This document shows positions 38,434 to 47,482 of a stretch of DNA of 64,000 nucleotides, in pieces. Made by a program: the position numbers and the translations under genes. Position 1 is the stretch's first letter, and each line of letters starts with the position of its first letter. This DNA comes from an uncultured bacterium (GTDB lineage: Bacteria > Patescibacteriota > Minisyncoccia > Phycocordibacterales > PALSA-1337), in the NCBI GenBank assembly GCA_963848635.1, contig CAWKEA010000005.1, positions 175,341 through 239,340 of the forward strand, in the 5' to 3' direction. Below the pieces are notes generated by a model, which was not told the DNA's origin, made no database searches, and saw only the letters and a list, made by a program, of their open reading frames with translations.

Positions 38434-39433
38434 TCATTTTTTCCTCAAAACCGCCTTTTTTGCCGCCGAATAGATGCTGTTTTCGTCCATTCCGTAGAGC
38501 CTGATGAGCTCCTCGGGAGTGCCGCTCTGACCGAATCTGTCATGGACGCCGATGAATTCAATGGGCACGGGAAAATTACGGGCGAGACATTCTGCGACGG
38601 CCGAACCCATGCCGCCGGCGATCTGATGTTCTTCGACCGTGACAACGGCGCCCGCCTCATGGGCAAGGTGGACGACGGCTTCTTCATCGAGCGGCTTTAT
38701 GGTGACGAGATTCATGACGACTGCCGCAATTCCTTCACCCTCAAGTTTTTTGGCGACGACAAGAGCTTTGTAGAGGAGCGCACCGGTGGCAATGATGCCG
38801 ACGACAGGCTTTTTCCCGCTTGCCCTGAAATATTCCTGCGCTTTTCCAATTTCAAAAGGAGTGTCCGCAGTCGTGATGAGCGGCGTCTTTTCGCGGGCGA
38901 GGCGGATGTACGTCGGATCTTTTGTTCGAGCGGCGGCGATGGTCGCCTTCTTTGCCTCTATCGCATCGCACGGCGAGATGACGACCATGCGCGGTATGAC
39001 GCGAGTAATGGCGATATCTTCGATGGCCTGATGCGTGCCGCCGTCGGGGCCGACAGAAACGCCAGCGTGCGAGCCGGCGATTTTCACCGGCACATTGTTA
39101 TAGGCAATCGTCGTGCGGATCTGCTCCCAATTGCGGCCAGGCGAGAACATGGCGTACGAACTGATGAAAGGGAACCTTGCCCATGTGCGCCATACCAGAG
39201 GCGACCGCTGCGAGATTCTGCTCAGCGACGCCGATCTCGACGAACCTGTCGGGATATTTCTTTTGAAAGAGGTCCATGCGCGTCGACTCTGCAAGGTCAG
39301 CGCAAAGCCCGACGATATTCTTGTCGCTGTCTGCCGCGATGACGAGGCCTTCGCCAAAACCCTGGCGAATCGGCAATTGCTCGACGTCGGGCGAGAAGAG
39401 CTTTGCGTTGAGTTTTAGGTTAGGGTTTAACAT
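38434..39433 (-). pseudogene. tktB: Transketolase C-terminal subunit, interrupted by a +1 frameshift near 39168-39170
   Basis: Frame A gives 'MLNPNLKL...GMAHMGKVPF'. Frame B continues 'ISSYAMFSPGRNWEQIRTTIAYNNVPVKIAGSHAGVSVGPDGGTHQ'. An extra T in ccctTTcat (AAA on the plus strand). Confidence 0.75.
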
Positions 39434-39507
39434 GAGTAAAGTATAGCACGCACAAAAAATGACTTGTGCACATAACAAAAGCCTGCGGGGGCCAGTCACA
39501 TATTCGA

Positions 39508-39780
39508 TTATGCTTGGACAATCTTTACCTTCAAGCCGAGGACTTTGCAGAATTTTTGCAGGGTGGCAAGGGTAGCGCTGATCTTGCCGGATTCAAAGCG
39601 AGCGATGGCTGATTGTCGCAAGCCCATCTTTTCCCCAAGCTGCTTTTGTGTGAGCTTGTTCCTGATGCGAGCGTCAACTATTGCTTCGTAAAGAACGAAC
39701 TCCGGCTCAAGATCCTCATATGCTTTGCGGCGCCCTGGATCCTTCATAGCTTCCTCTGTAAATTGTTTGAGAGTCTTCAT
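39508..39780 (-). CDS. XRE-family HTH antitoxin (HigA-like)
   Basis: 'LTQKQLGEKMGLRQSAIARFESGK' HTH_XRE. 90 aa, immediately downstream of the toxin gene. Confidence 0.7.
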   Translation of the reverse strand: MKTLKQFTEEAMKDPGRRKAYEDLEPEFVLYEAIVDARIRNKLTQKQLGEKMGLRQSAIARFESGKISATLATLQKFCKVLGLKVKIVQA

Positions 39781-39809
39781 AATACAGAAAGTATAACATA
39801 TCTGTTATA

Positions 39810-40109
39810 TCATGCAAGCTCGGCGATTTCCCTTTGTACATGTCTCGCATAGTTGATATCTTTACGAGGGATTTTCCAAGCTTTTTTGATAAATCCGTGG
39901 ATCAAATAGATTTTATCGTTCTTAAAGACATATAGGATCCTGATTTGTTTTCTTCCGTGAATCCTCAACTCAAATAAACCATCTCCAAGACACTTTGAAT
40001 CCGGCATAGCAAGTAGATGTCCTTTTTGTTCAAGTAAACCGAGCGACCTGCGAGTTCGTCCAAATGATTCATCGTCAAGACAATTCATAAAACTCTCTAG
40101 ATATATCAT
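39810..40109 (-). CDS. RelE/ParE-superfamily toxin (HigB/Gp49-like)
   Basis: 'LGDGLFELRIHGRKQIRILYVFKNDKIYLIHGFIKKAWKIPRKDI' matches the Gp49/HigB fold. Start placed at MIYLESF. Confidence 0.7.
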   Translation of the reverse strand: MIYLESFMNCLDDESFGRTRRSLGLLEQKGHLLAMPDSKCLGDGLFELRIHGRKQIRILYVFKNDKIYLIHGFIKKAWKIPRKDINYARHVQREIAELA

Positions 40110-40201
40110 CGCAAGGAGATAATCGTTTGTAACAAAAGGAATCAAAGCGATCATGGCAACCACTGGTAGCGCTTCACCGATTATTTTAAGGATTTTCATC
40201 G

Positions 40202-40348
40202 TCATTTTAAGTCTTTCACCATCTCCTCATAGCACCCTTTGCATAGATGCCATTTCCGCACCATACCATCCTTGTCAGGTGGCGACAGCAAAATGCCGCC
40301 AAAGTCGATTAATTCTTTCTTGCACCTGTCGCAGATTGGTTTGATCAT
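40202..40348 (-). CDS. Small zinc-ribbon protein
   Basis: 48 aa. 'CDRCKK...CKGC' two CxxC pairs. 4-nt overlap with the upstream gene. Confidence 0.45.
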   Translation of the reverse strand: MIKPICDRCKKELIDFGGILLSPPDKDGMVRKWHLCKGCYEEMVKDLK

Positions 40349-40605
40349 GAATGCAGGAAGACAACGATGGCGCCGAGAACCAAAATCGCGCCTTCGATCC
40401 TGCGAATCCAATATACCCTGTTCATCTTCGGATAGTTCTTTGGATAACCATAGCTCTCGTGCTTGTTAAAGATGAGGACAAGGCCTAGAACAAGGCCGAC
40501 GTAGACGAGCGCCATGAACCAATGGCCAAAAACCTGGCCGGTCACGATGACAGTGATCGACAGAGCGAGGAATGTGAGTTTGAGGATTATTTCGATTATT
40601 TTCAT
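40345..40605 (-). CDS. Hypothetical membrane protein
   Basis: 86 aa, three TM helices. Confidence 0.5.
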   Translation of the reverse strand: MKIIEIILKLTFLALSITVIVTGQVFGHWFMALVYVGLVLGLVLIFNKHESYGYPKNYPKMNRVYWIRRIEGAILVLGAIVVFLHS

Positions 40606-40611
40606 GGTTGG

Positions 40612-41016
40612 CTAGGGTTGAGTATGAAATACAGATTGAACAAGTGTAAAAAGTGCTAATACAACAGGTACAACGAAAACAATTATTGAAATAATGAATG
40701 GAATAATATATGGTTTTGTTGAAAGGTCTTTTTTTCTTTTCCTAATACCAATAAATAACGCCGATGTTATTAAACAAGGAAAGGTTGCGATGGCCGCCAA
40801 AAGCGGCCCCACAAAGATAAAGAGTGCCCTTCCTACGGAATATCCAATCTTAGCTTCCACACTATTGTCACACAAGTTATAGAATTCACAAGTTGCTTTA
40901 TCATAAACAAGTGATAATAAAAATAACGCGAAAGCCACAACTATAATAAACATTATCCAGGTTATTATTATTGAAATGATATCGTCTCTCTTTAAAAAGT
41001 AAACAACTTTATTCAT
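40612..41016 (-). CDS. Hypothetical membrane protein
   Basis: 134 aa, four TM helices, AT-rich. Confidence 0.5.
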   Translation of the reverse strand: MNKVVYFLKRDDIISIIITWIMFIIVVAFALFLLSLVYDKATCEFYNLCDNSVEAKIGYSVGRALFIFVGPLLAAIATFPCLITSALFIGIRKRKKDLSTKPYIIPFIISIIVFVVPVVLALFTLVQSVFHTQP

Positions 41017-41021
41017 ATTAT

Positions 41022-41900
41022 TTATTGATGTTCCCCCCTTACCCTCCCGCCAAGCGTCCGAATCTCACCAAGCGCGCGACGAGCCGTCTCGATCTCGGCT
41101 GGCGTCGTCGGCGGCTTGCCATGCCATTCGAACTGGCGCTCGAATTCGGGGATGCCCTTGGACGGGATGGTGTGGGCGATGATGATGGATGGCCGACCGG
41201 ACATGGCTTGCGCCTGGTTCCAGGCTTCATCGAGCGCGCGAAAATCGTGGCCGGAGACTTCTTGGACATGCCAGTTGAAGTTGACCCATTTTTCAGGCAA
41301 GGGCTCGAGCGGCATGACGTTCTCGGTGTAGCCGTCGATCTGGATGTTGTTGCGGTCGAGGATGACCGTCAGATTCTGCATCTTTTCGCGCCCCGCGAGG
41401 AGGATGGCTTCCCAGCTGTTCCCCTCGTCCAATTCGCCGTCCGACATGAGACAGACGATCCTGCGGCCCGAAGAGACGCCGCTGTCCATTCTGTCTGCGA
41501 TGGCCATACCGACCGCTTGGGACAAGCCGCAACCAAGGGGACCAGACGAAGTCTCGAGCATAGGCAAAAAATCGCGATGTGGATGGCCTTGCAGTCTTGA
41601 ACCTAATTTGCGCAAAGTCTTTAGTTCAGAAACGGGAAAATATCCCGAGTGCGCCATGGTCGCGTAGAGCACGGGACATATGTGTCCATTCGACAAAACC
41701 ACCATATCGCGATAGGCCCACGTCGGATTCTTTGGCTCATGCTTTAACGCGTGAAAATACAAATAGGTAAAGACGTCAGCCATATCGAGCGGTCCGGCAG
41801 TATGGCCGGATTTCGCCTCGATCAACATCTCGATGATCGAACGCCGAATGTCGAGCGCTTTTTTCTCGAGGAATTTTACTTTGTCGTCAGTGAGGGACAT
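41022..41900 (-). CDS. tktA: Transketolase N-terminal (TPP-binding) subunit
   Basis: 'SGHTAGPLDMADVFTYLY' and 'GPLGCGLSQAVGMAIA...SDGELDEGNSWEA' TPP-binding motifs. Confidence 0.85.
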   Translation of the reverse strand: MSLTDDKVKFLEKKALDIRRSIIEMLIEAKSGHTAGPLDMADVFTYLYFHALKHEPKNPTWAYRDMVVLSNGHICPVLYATMAHSGYFPVSELKTLRKLGSRLQGHPHRDFLPMLETSSGPLGCGLSQAVGMAIADRMDSGVSSGRRIVCLMSDGELDEGNSWEAILLAGREKMQNLTVILDRNNIQIDGYTENVMPLEPLPEKWVNFNWHVQEVSGHDFRALDEAWNQAQAMSGRPSIIIAHTIPSKGIPEFERQFEWHGKPPTTPAEIETARRALGEIRTLGGRVRGEHQ

Positions 41901-41909
41901 GTAGGATTA

Positions 41910-42388
41910 TTATAGCACTTTTGCAGGCATCGTCATTTCGACTTGTTCGATTATAGACCCGCTCTTCATTCTGAATTTTTCGTCTTTAATTATTGTATCA
42001 GTCTCTTTAAAACCCAACTTTTTATAGAAATTAATGGCACGCTTGTTATATGTCGCAACTTGAACAATCACAGGTTTTAGAGGATCGAAATATTTTATTG
42101 CTTCATTCCATAACAAAGTACCAATTCCTTTTCTATAATAATTTGGAAGGATATAAATAGCTTGAAGTTGATTTTTATCTCCGTGCAAAACAATTCTACA
42201 ACGGAACCAAGAGCGATGTTCCCCGCAGTCAATTCCTTTTCAAAGAAATCGTATATCTTTTCTTTTTCAAGCTCATACAAAGCCCTGTCGGAGTCGTGCA
42301 ATGCACGCAATCGCTTGATCATCTCCGGCACTTCAAAATACCAATGCGGCTCGCCGATCTTCTTTTTCCATTCATCTTGGTCAAACAT
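41910..42388 (-). pseudogene. GNAT acetyltransferase interrupted by a frameshift
   Basis: N-terminal frame 42095-42388 ('WYFEVPEMIKRLRALH...') and C-terminal frame 41910-42188 ('LQAIYILPNYYRKGIGTLLWNEAIKYF...FYKKLGFKE') overlap at 42095-42188. Confidence 0.55.
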
Positions 42389-42543
42389 GATTTTAAGGTG
42401 CCATCATCTCCTTAAATTTCTGCTGTCGTTCTTCTTTCGTCGTGAAAGAAAGTGCAAAATCCCAAATTGTTTCATATTCTTTGATTGCTATCGAAAAATC
42501 ATCTAGGTCAGAATCTGGCAAAAAATTTATTTCGAGCATGTTT

Positions 42544-43221
42544 TTATATATTCTTGAACCGTTCAATCGTCTCGACGACATTCTCGCTCTCGAATATTGC
42601 CGAACCGATAATGAGGCGGTCTGCGCCGGCGGCGCGCAAAAGCGGCGCTGTTTCGAGATTGACGCCGCCGTCGATCTGGATTTCAAGATCCGGATATTTT
42701 TCCTTCGCTTCTTTTATCTTTGCGATGACTTTTTCATCGAAAGACTGACCTTGGAAACCGACGTTATCTATGCCCATGAGTTGGATGTATTTTATAGTGC
42801 ATTCGCGTATCTTGTCTTTGTATCTTTCAAGAACGTCGATCGGCGTGTCGATGTTCAAAGCCAGCCCTATCTCTACTTTTCCTAATAGTTTTTCAATAGC
42901 GTCCGCTATATTTCCCTTGGCTTCAGTGTGAAGCACGATGCGAGAGGCTCCAGCAGCGACATATGTCAAGATGTCATCTTGACAGTTATTCACCATCAGA
43001 TCGAACTCGTATTCGATTTCTTCCCAATATGGCATGCCACGATCCTCATGCGCAATGGCTTCAAAATTCGCGTCGGGCTTTTTATACGGCCAGCTGGGTG
43101 ACGGCGTGAATTGCCCGTCGCAGATGTCGATTTGGACAAGAGGAACGAGGCCTTTGACTCGAGCGACGTGCTCCTCGAGGTCGGCAAAGTCTTTTGGAAG
43201 GATGGCGGGAATTATTTCCAT
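42544..43221 (-). CDS. rpe: Ribulose-phosphate 3-epimerase-like protein
   Basis: TIM-barrel 'IPAILPKDFADLEEHV...VQIDICDGQF' and C-terminal 'IQIDGGVNLETAPLLRAAGADRLIIGSAIF'. Contains a REP palindrome in frame. Confidence 0.7.
   Translation of the reverse strand: MEIIPAILPKDFADLEEHVARVKGLVPLVQIDICDGQFTPSPSWPYKKPDANFEAIAHEDRGMPYWEEIEYEFDLMVNNCQDDILTYVAAGASRIVLHTEAKGNIADAIEKLLGKVEIGLALNIDTPIDVLERYKDKIRECTIKYIQLMGIDNVGFQGQSFDEKVIAKIKEAKEKYPDLEIQIDGGVNLETAPLLRAAGADRLIIGSAIFESENVVETIERFKNI
42964..42984. repeat. REP-like palindrome TGTCAAGATGTCATCTTGACA inside the rpe CDS
   Basis: Perfect 10-bp arms. Confidence 0.8.
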
Positions 43222-43225
43222 GTGA

Positions 43226-43468
43226 TCAGATAGTTTTCATATCAGGATAGAACTTGTCAAAACGACTTTCGAATCTATCCAAACGCCCACCAAACTGATC
43301 TAATCGATTATTGAATTGATCGAGCCTATTCTCTAGCTTGTCGACGCTCTTCTGGAGAAAACCGACTTTCTCATATAGCCGAATAATAGCTTCCTTTGTA
43401 TTTCCAAGCAACAACAAAGACACAAAGTTGCCGATTTTTTCTGCGATAGTGATTTTTTCAGTAAGCAT
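43226..43468 (-). CDS. Hypothetical coiled-coil protein with NRLDQF heptad-like repeats
   Basis: 80 aa. 'ENRLDQFNNRLDQFGGRLDRFESRFDKF'. Confidence 0.5.
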   Translation of the reverse strand: MLTEKITIAEKIGNFVSLLLLGNTKEAIIRLYEKVGFLQKSVDKLENRLDQFNNRLDQFGGRLDRFESRFDKFYPDMKTI

Positions 43469-43540
43469 AATATTGAGTATGAGTTAGCTGCAAGTAAATT
43501 TTACAATTACAGGTAAAGGAAATCAATAGTAAACGGTATT

Positions 43541-44026
43541 TTATTCGATGCTATCGATCTCCTCTATTCGCCTTCGATGCCTTTCTTCGTTCGAAAACGG
43601 CGTCGAGAGCCATAGTTTGACCGCGGCTATCATCTCGTCCTTTGAAACAAAGCCCGCGCCGATGGAGAGGATATTCGCGTCGTTATGCTCGCGGGAGAGG
43701 CGGATGATATCACGAGAGACGACGTCAGAACCGCCATACCAGACAGCCGCACGAACGCCAGGAAGACGATTAGCCACCATCGCTTCGCCTTGGCCTGACA
43801 TGCCAAAAATGACGGCTTTTGTGTTTTCGGGATCTTCGACGACTTTCATGGCCGCCTTGACCATGAATTCCGGGTAATCGTCGTCCTTGACGAAGGAATA
43901 AGCGCCGACATCTACTACATCAAAGCCTTCCTCTTTTAAATATGAAAGAAGCTCATTTTTGCGCTCAAGGCCTGCGTGATCTGATGCGACGATTATTCTT
44001 AATTCCTTTTTTGGCTGTTTTTCCAT
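43541..44026 (-). CDS. rpiB: Ribose-5-phosphate isomerase B
   Basis: 'LRIIVASDHAGLERKNEL' and 'VIFGMSGQGEAMVANRLPGVRAAV' RpiB/LacAB signature. Confidence 0.85.
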   Translation of the reverse strand: MEKQPKKELRIIVASDHAGLERKNELLSYLKEEGFDVVDVGAYSFVKDDDYPEFMVKAAMKVVEDPENTKAVIFGMSGQGEAMVANRLPGVRAAVWYGGSDVVSRDIIRLSREHNDANILSIGAGFVSKDEMIAAVKLWLSTPFSNEERHRRRIEEIDSIE

Positions 44027-44115
44027 GGTTTTGTTTTTTATTCCGGCTAGCGAGGATCGGCGTGGACGAGTATTCTCGTACATGACGTCCGAGCGAAGAC
44101 GGAAGAAAGTAATCT

Positions 44116-44301
44116 TTATTGTTCGTTCATTATATCAAGCATATCCTCTAGTACGTCAATACGCCTTGATGCATGGTCGAGATCGCTCGATGTGGCATGT
44201 TCCCTGTCGAATTCGTCGAAGCGCTCGTCTATGCATTGTAGTCTATCATAAATGGCGCGGATATCGCGGATAATGAAATCGCTGTTTTGTTCTGTAGGCA
44301 T
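44116..44301 (-). CDS. Hypothetical 61-aa acidic protein
   Basis: Sits 33 nt downstream of a copy of the conserved promoter module. Confidence 0.4.
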   Translation of the reverse strand: MPTEQNSDFIIRDIRAIYDRLQCIDERFDEFDREHATSSDLDHASRRIDVLEDMLDIMNEQ

Positions 44302-44333
44302 GATGTTTTCTATAGCTAACTATTAATGCATAT

Positions 44334-44378
44334 ATTATAGAAAAACGGTTATTAAGAAAAGTTAAAATAAAAATAAAG
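44334..44378 (-). promoter_or_regulatory. Conserved promoter module, copy 4 (reverse), with TATAAT
   Basis: Reverse complement reads ctttatttttattttaacttttcttaataaccgtttttcTATAAT. Confidence 0.5.
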
Positions 44379-44464
44379 ATTTCTTAATAATTCTATCGAC
44401 TCGTTTCTGTTGACAAGGTCGACCAGTTTGATATCATTATGACACGCTACAGTTATGTCCATCG

Positions 44465-44497
44465 AGATTCCCTCCCTAATCGGAGGGAATCGTTTTT
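44465..44497 (+). terminator. Strong intrinsic terminator (GATTCCCTCC-ctaatc-GGAGGGAATC + GTTTTTA)
   Basis: Perfect 10-bp stem. Preceded ~50 nt upstream by TTGACA-N16-TATCAT. Confidence 0.65.
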
Positions 44498-44632
44498 ATA
44501 GAGGATACCATAGACTCGACCTCTGTCTTTATTACTGAGAATTCCTCTTCATTCATCCTTGAAACAAAGCGCAGGAGACGCTTACTGCTTATCATTCTAA
44601 GTTGGAACAACAGTATCATTTGCGGACGATCT

Positions 44633-44941
44633 TTATGGGTCGTTTTTAGTTCCATTTGTTTTGTTCTTAATCTTTCCATAAATCCAACCCAATATTGCAC
44701 CAATAATAAATGAAATGGTAATGATTATTAACCAAATTGAAGCAGTATTATGTGCAAATCCAGACAATGAATTGGCAATCAAAGCAACGGGTACCTGAAG
44801 AAATAGTCCAATCACAAGCAAGACAAAACCTAGAAAAGGAATATCTGCCAACCATTGAAGGCTGTGACCAGACATAAAAATCGTATCTATCACCGCAATA
44901 ATCACAACGATCATTCCGCCAATCAAGATATGCTTTTTCAT
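44633..44941 (-). CDS. Hypothetical membrane protein
   Basis: 102 aa, three TM helices. Confidence 0.5.
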   Translation of the reverse strand: MKKHILIGGMIVVIIAVIDTIFMSGHSLQWLADIPFLGFVLLVIGLFLQVPVALIANSLSGFAHNTASIWLIIITISFIIGAILGWIYGKIKNKTNGTKNDP

Positions 44942-44959
44942 GTTAAATAATTAAAGTTG

Positions 44960-45227
44960 TCCCCCTGCCTTTATCACATGCTGGACGAGCGCGTGGCTGT
45001 ACCTTACTTCATTACCATACCAACTATCAGTAGTCCAAAAAAGATCACTAATACTAGAACCAAGAGAAATTTAAAAAATGGAGAAAGTTCTTTAAATTGC
45101 CTTGTCGTAGTTTTTGTAAACCACCAAGTTGGAAGAAGTTTTGTAAGATTGTTTTTAAGGCTCATGGATTTAATTTTAAACTAATCTACCTGCCTTTATC
45201 ACATGTTGAACGAGCGCGTGGCTGTAG
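44960..45227. repeat. 40-bp direct repeats of the gap 3' end (44960-45000 and 45188-45227) flanking a 187-bp insert
   Basis: cctgcctttatcacatgYtgRacgagcgcgtggctgta, 38/40 identical. The right copy is the genuine gap C-terminus (HALVQHVIKAGRLV). Confidence 0.8.
45004..45165 (-). CDS. Possible 53-aa small membrane protein inside the gap-3'-flanked insert
   Basis: MSLKNNLTKLLPTWWF...LVLVLVIFFGLLIVGMVMK. Below the ORF-track cutoff. Confidence 0.35.
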   Translation of the reverse strand: MSLKNNLTKLLPTWWFTKTTTRQFKELSPFFKFLLVLVLVIFFGLLIVGMVMK

Positions 45228-46207
45228 CCGCCTTCGTTGTCGTACCAGGCGAGGACTTTGACGAGGTTGCCGTCGACGACGCGCGTCATGGAGAGCTCGG
45301 CGATGGACGGATTCGGATTGCCGACGATGTCAGACGAAACGAGCGGATCTTCGGTCACGGCGAATATGCCCTTCCAGCGCGGGTCGAGGGCGGCTTTGCG
45401 GAGGATGTCATTGACTTCTTCGGCTGTAGTATTTTTCTTTGAGATAAAGGTGACGTCAGCGATGGAACCGGCCGGAACGGGGACGCGGAGCGAGATGCCG
45501 TCGAATTTTCCGGCGAGCTTTGTGTACGCCTTGGTCACGGCGATGGCGGCGCCGGTCGAAGCAGGAACGATGTTGATGGCGGCGGCGCGACCTTCGCGGA
45601 TGTCCTTTCTGGCGGGCGCGTCAACGAGAGCCTGGCTCGCGGTGTATGCATGCGTCGTATTCAAAATGGCCTTTTCAATGCCGATGGCTTCGTCAAGAAT
45701 GACGATGACTGGCGACGCGCCGTTCGTCGTACATGACGCGTTCGAAGTGACTTTTGAGGTTGCAAACTGATCCTCATTGATGCCCATCAGAATCGTTGCG
45801 CTCTGCATGGCTGCGCCCGGCTCGTCTTTTGACGGAGCGGAGATGACGACGCGCTTTGCGCCGGCTTTGAGGTGGCCGGAAGCTTTGTCGGCGCTGATGA
45901 AGAGGCCGGTCGATTCGACGACGACGTCGACGTTCATTTTGCCCCACGGCAGATTGGCCGGATCCTTTTCGCTCACATAGGCGACTTCATTTTCGCCAAT
46001 TGTGAACGATGTGTCGCTCTTTTTTGCCACTGGAAATTTACTCCCTCCATAGACTGAATCGTATTTGAGGAGATAAATGGCGTTGTCGATCGATGCGATG
46101 TCGTTGACGGCCACTATCTGGAGGTCGTTCGGATATTCCTGGGCTATCTTGAAAAAGTTCCTGCCGATGCGGCCGAAGCCGTTGATTGCGACGCGTAATT
46201 TTGCCAT
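45176..46207 (-). CDS. gap: Glyceraldehyde-3-phosphate dehydrogenase, type I
   Basis: 'VAINGFGRIGRNF' NAD-binding, catalytic 'SNASCTTN'. Confidence 0.9.
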   Translation of the reverse strand: MAKLRVAINGFGRIGRNFFKIAQEYPNDLQIVAVNDIASIDNAIYLLKYDSVYGGSKFPVAKKSDTSFTIGENEVAYVSEKDPANLPWGKMNVDVVVESTGLFISADKASGHLKAGAKRVVISAPSKDEPGAAMQSATILMGINEDQFATSKVTSNASCTTNGASPVIVILDEAIGIEKAILNTTHAYTASQALVDAPARKDIREGRAAAINIVPASTGAAIAVTKAYTKLAGKFDGISLRVPVPAGSIADVTFISKKNTTAEEVNDILRKAALDPRWKGIFAVTEDPLVSSDIVGNPNPSIAELSMTRVVDGNLVKVLAWYDNEGGYSHALVQHVIKAGRLV

Positions 46208-46718
46208 GTGTTTGAAAAGTTAAGTTAAAGACGGATAAAATGATTGCGGATAAATATTGAACCTATGCTGTATATACTATAGCACAGGCAAAAAAGTTCC
46301 TTAATGGTTATTTAATAGCTCAAGCAGCTTGGCTTTCGCCTCTGCTACCGTTGAAGGCATGTTTCCAGTTATTGTCATGCTCGTTTGATTGGCCGGCTAA
46401 ATATACTTTGATCTTTTTCATTACTTGCTATTATATCAAATCCAACCCTCTTAAATGTGCGACCATGAGTGTGGTGTATTCTTTTTTAAAATGACATTTT
46501 TTGTGTCGTATAACTGTACGATTTTTGACTATTTATAGCCATATAATCGCGATTACCTACCCTAAATCTTATGAATATACGACTTACCAGAAGCCTCTTT
46601 TAAAAAAGGAATGTCACCGCCCGGGTTCAAGGACATTCTAAAGGCTACAGACAAACTAACTTTTCGGACAAGCAAAGTAAAAAGCATGCGGACTGGGGGC
46701 TAATGTCATTCTTTAAAA

Positions 46719-46745
46719 CTTGAGGTCGTAAATTGCGATATCAAG
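46719..46745. promoter_or_regulatory. Motif CTTGAGGTCGTAAATTGCGAtatcaag sharing a 19-bp half-site with 10227-10251
   Basis: Direct comparison. At 46795-46830 sits aaaagtcggcaagaatattgtcaactttt, related to the uvrB in-frame insertion. Confidence 0.45.
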
Positions 46746-47482
46746 TTTGGCACGAAGGATTGACGACTGAAGGACGCATATTTATTGGTCATTTTAAAAG
46801 TCGGCAAGAATATTGTCAACTTTTGTGACCAGCAAAAAAGACCTTCATGCCCGCGATCTTGATCTGCTATTCTTTAATGAAAAAACTGCTTCAGAACTTT
46901 CGTAATGAAGCGGCTGGAAGCGCGGTGCACGAAAGGCGCTTACGCTTGCCCAAGGATCTCCTTTTTGCCTGCCTTGGTCAGCCGGAATGTCGAAACTTGG
47001 CATTGTTCATCATCTTGAGTTCTCTCGCAATAAAGCAACCCCTGGTCTATCGCCCAAGCAGCGCCTGCAGCCAAGAATTGCTGACCCCTCATGTTGCTGT
47101 CCAAAACAACTTTAACTTGAATAATCCTCGGATATATCAATCATGGTATAATGTTCCGAATGGAAAGAACCGACGCCGAAATCATCAAGGCAACGATCGA
47201 CGGCGACACATCGGCGACGCATTGATACTGCTCTATGAGGCAAGATATGGGCCTAGATATTGCCAAAAATACGATTTTAGCATATAGTGCTCATGTAAAA
47301 GACAGACCGCACAGAGCGATCTGGTCGTCAGTTTTACAAAAAATAGCGCGATAAAACCGCAATTGATGTCCCGAGCGCCGTTCATAACCCTGTCAGACAC
47401 GCATATCTTGCGTCTCTCTGGGCTCGGAACTGGATACTCGGCACTTTATTATTAGTTTAAAAAGCGGAGCGCGCCGAATCAA

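Noticed and set aside
39098-39499. Separate 133-aa ORF
   Set aside because: It is the N-terminal frame of the frameshifted tktB. It is merged into the pseudogene call.
46847-47287. 146-aa plus-strand ORF and the overlapping 66-aa minus ORF
   Set aside because: No homology, poor start context, and mutually overlapping. The region is treated as non-coding or sRNA candidate.
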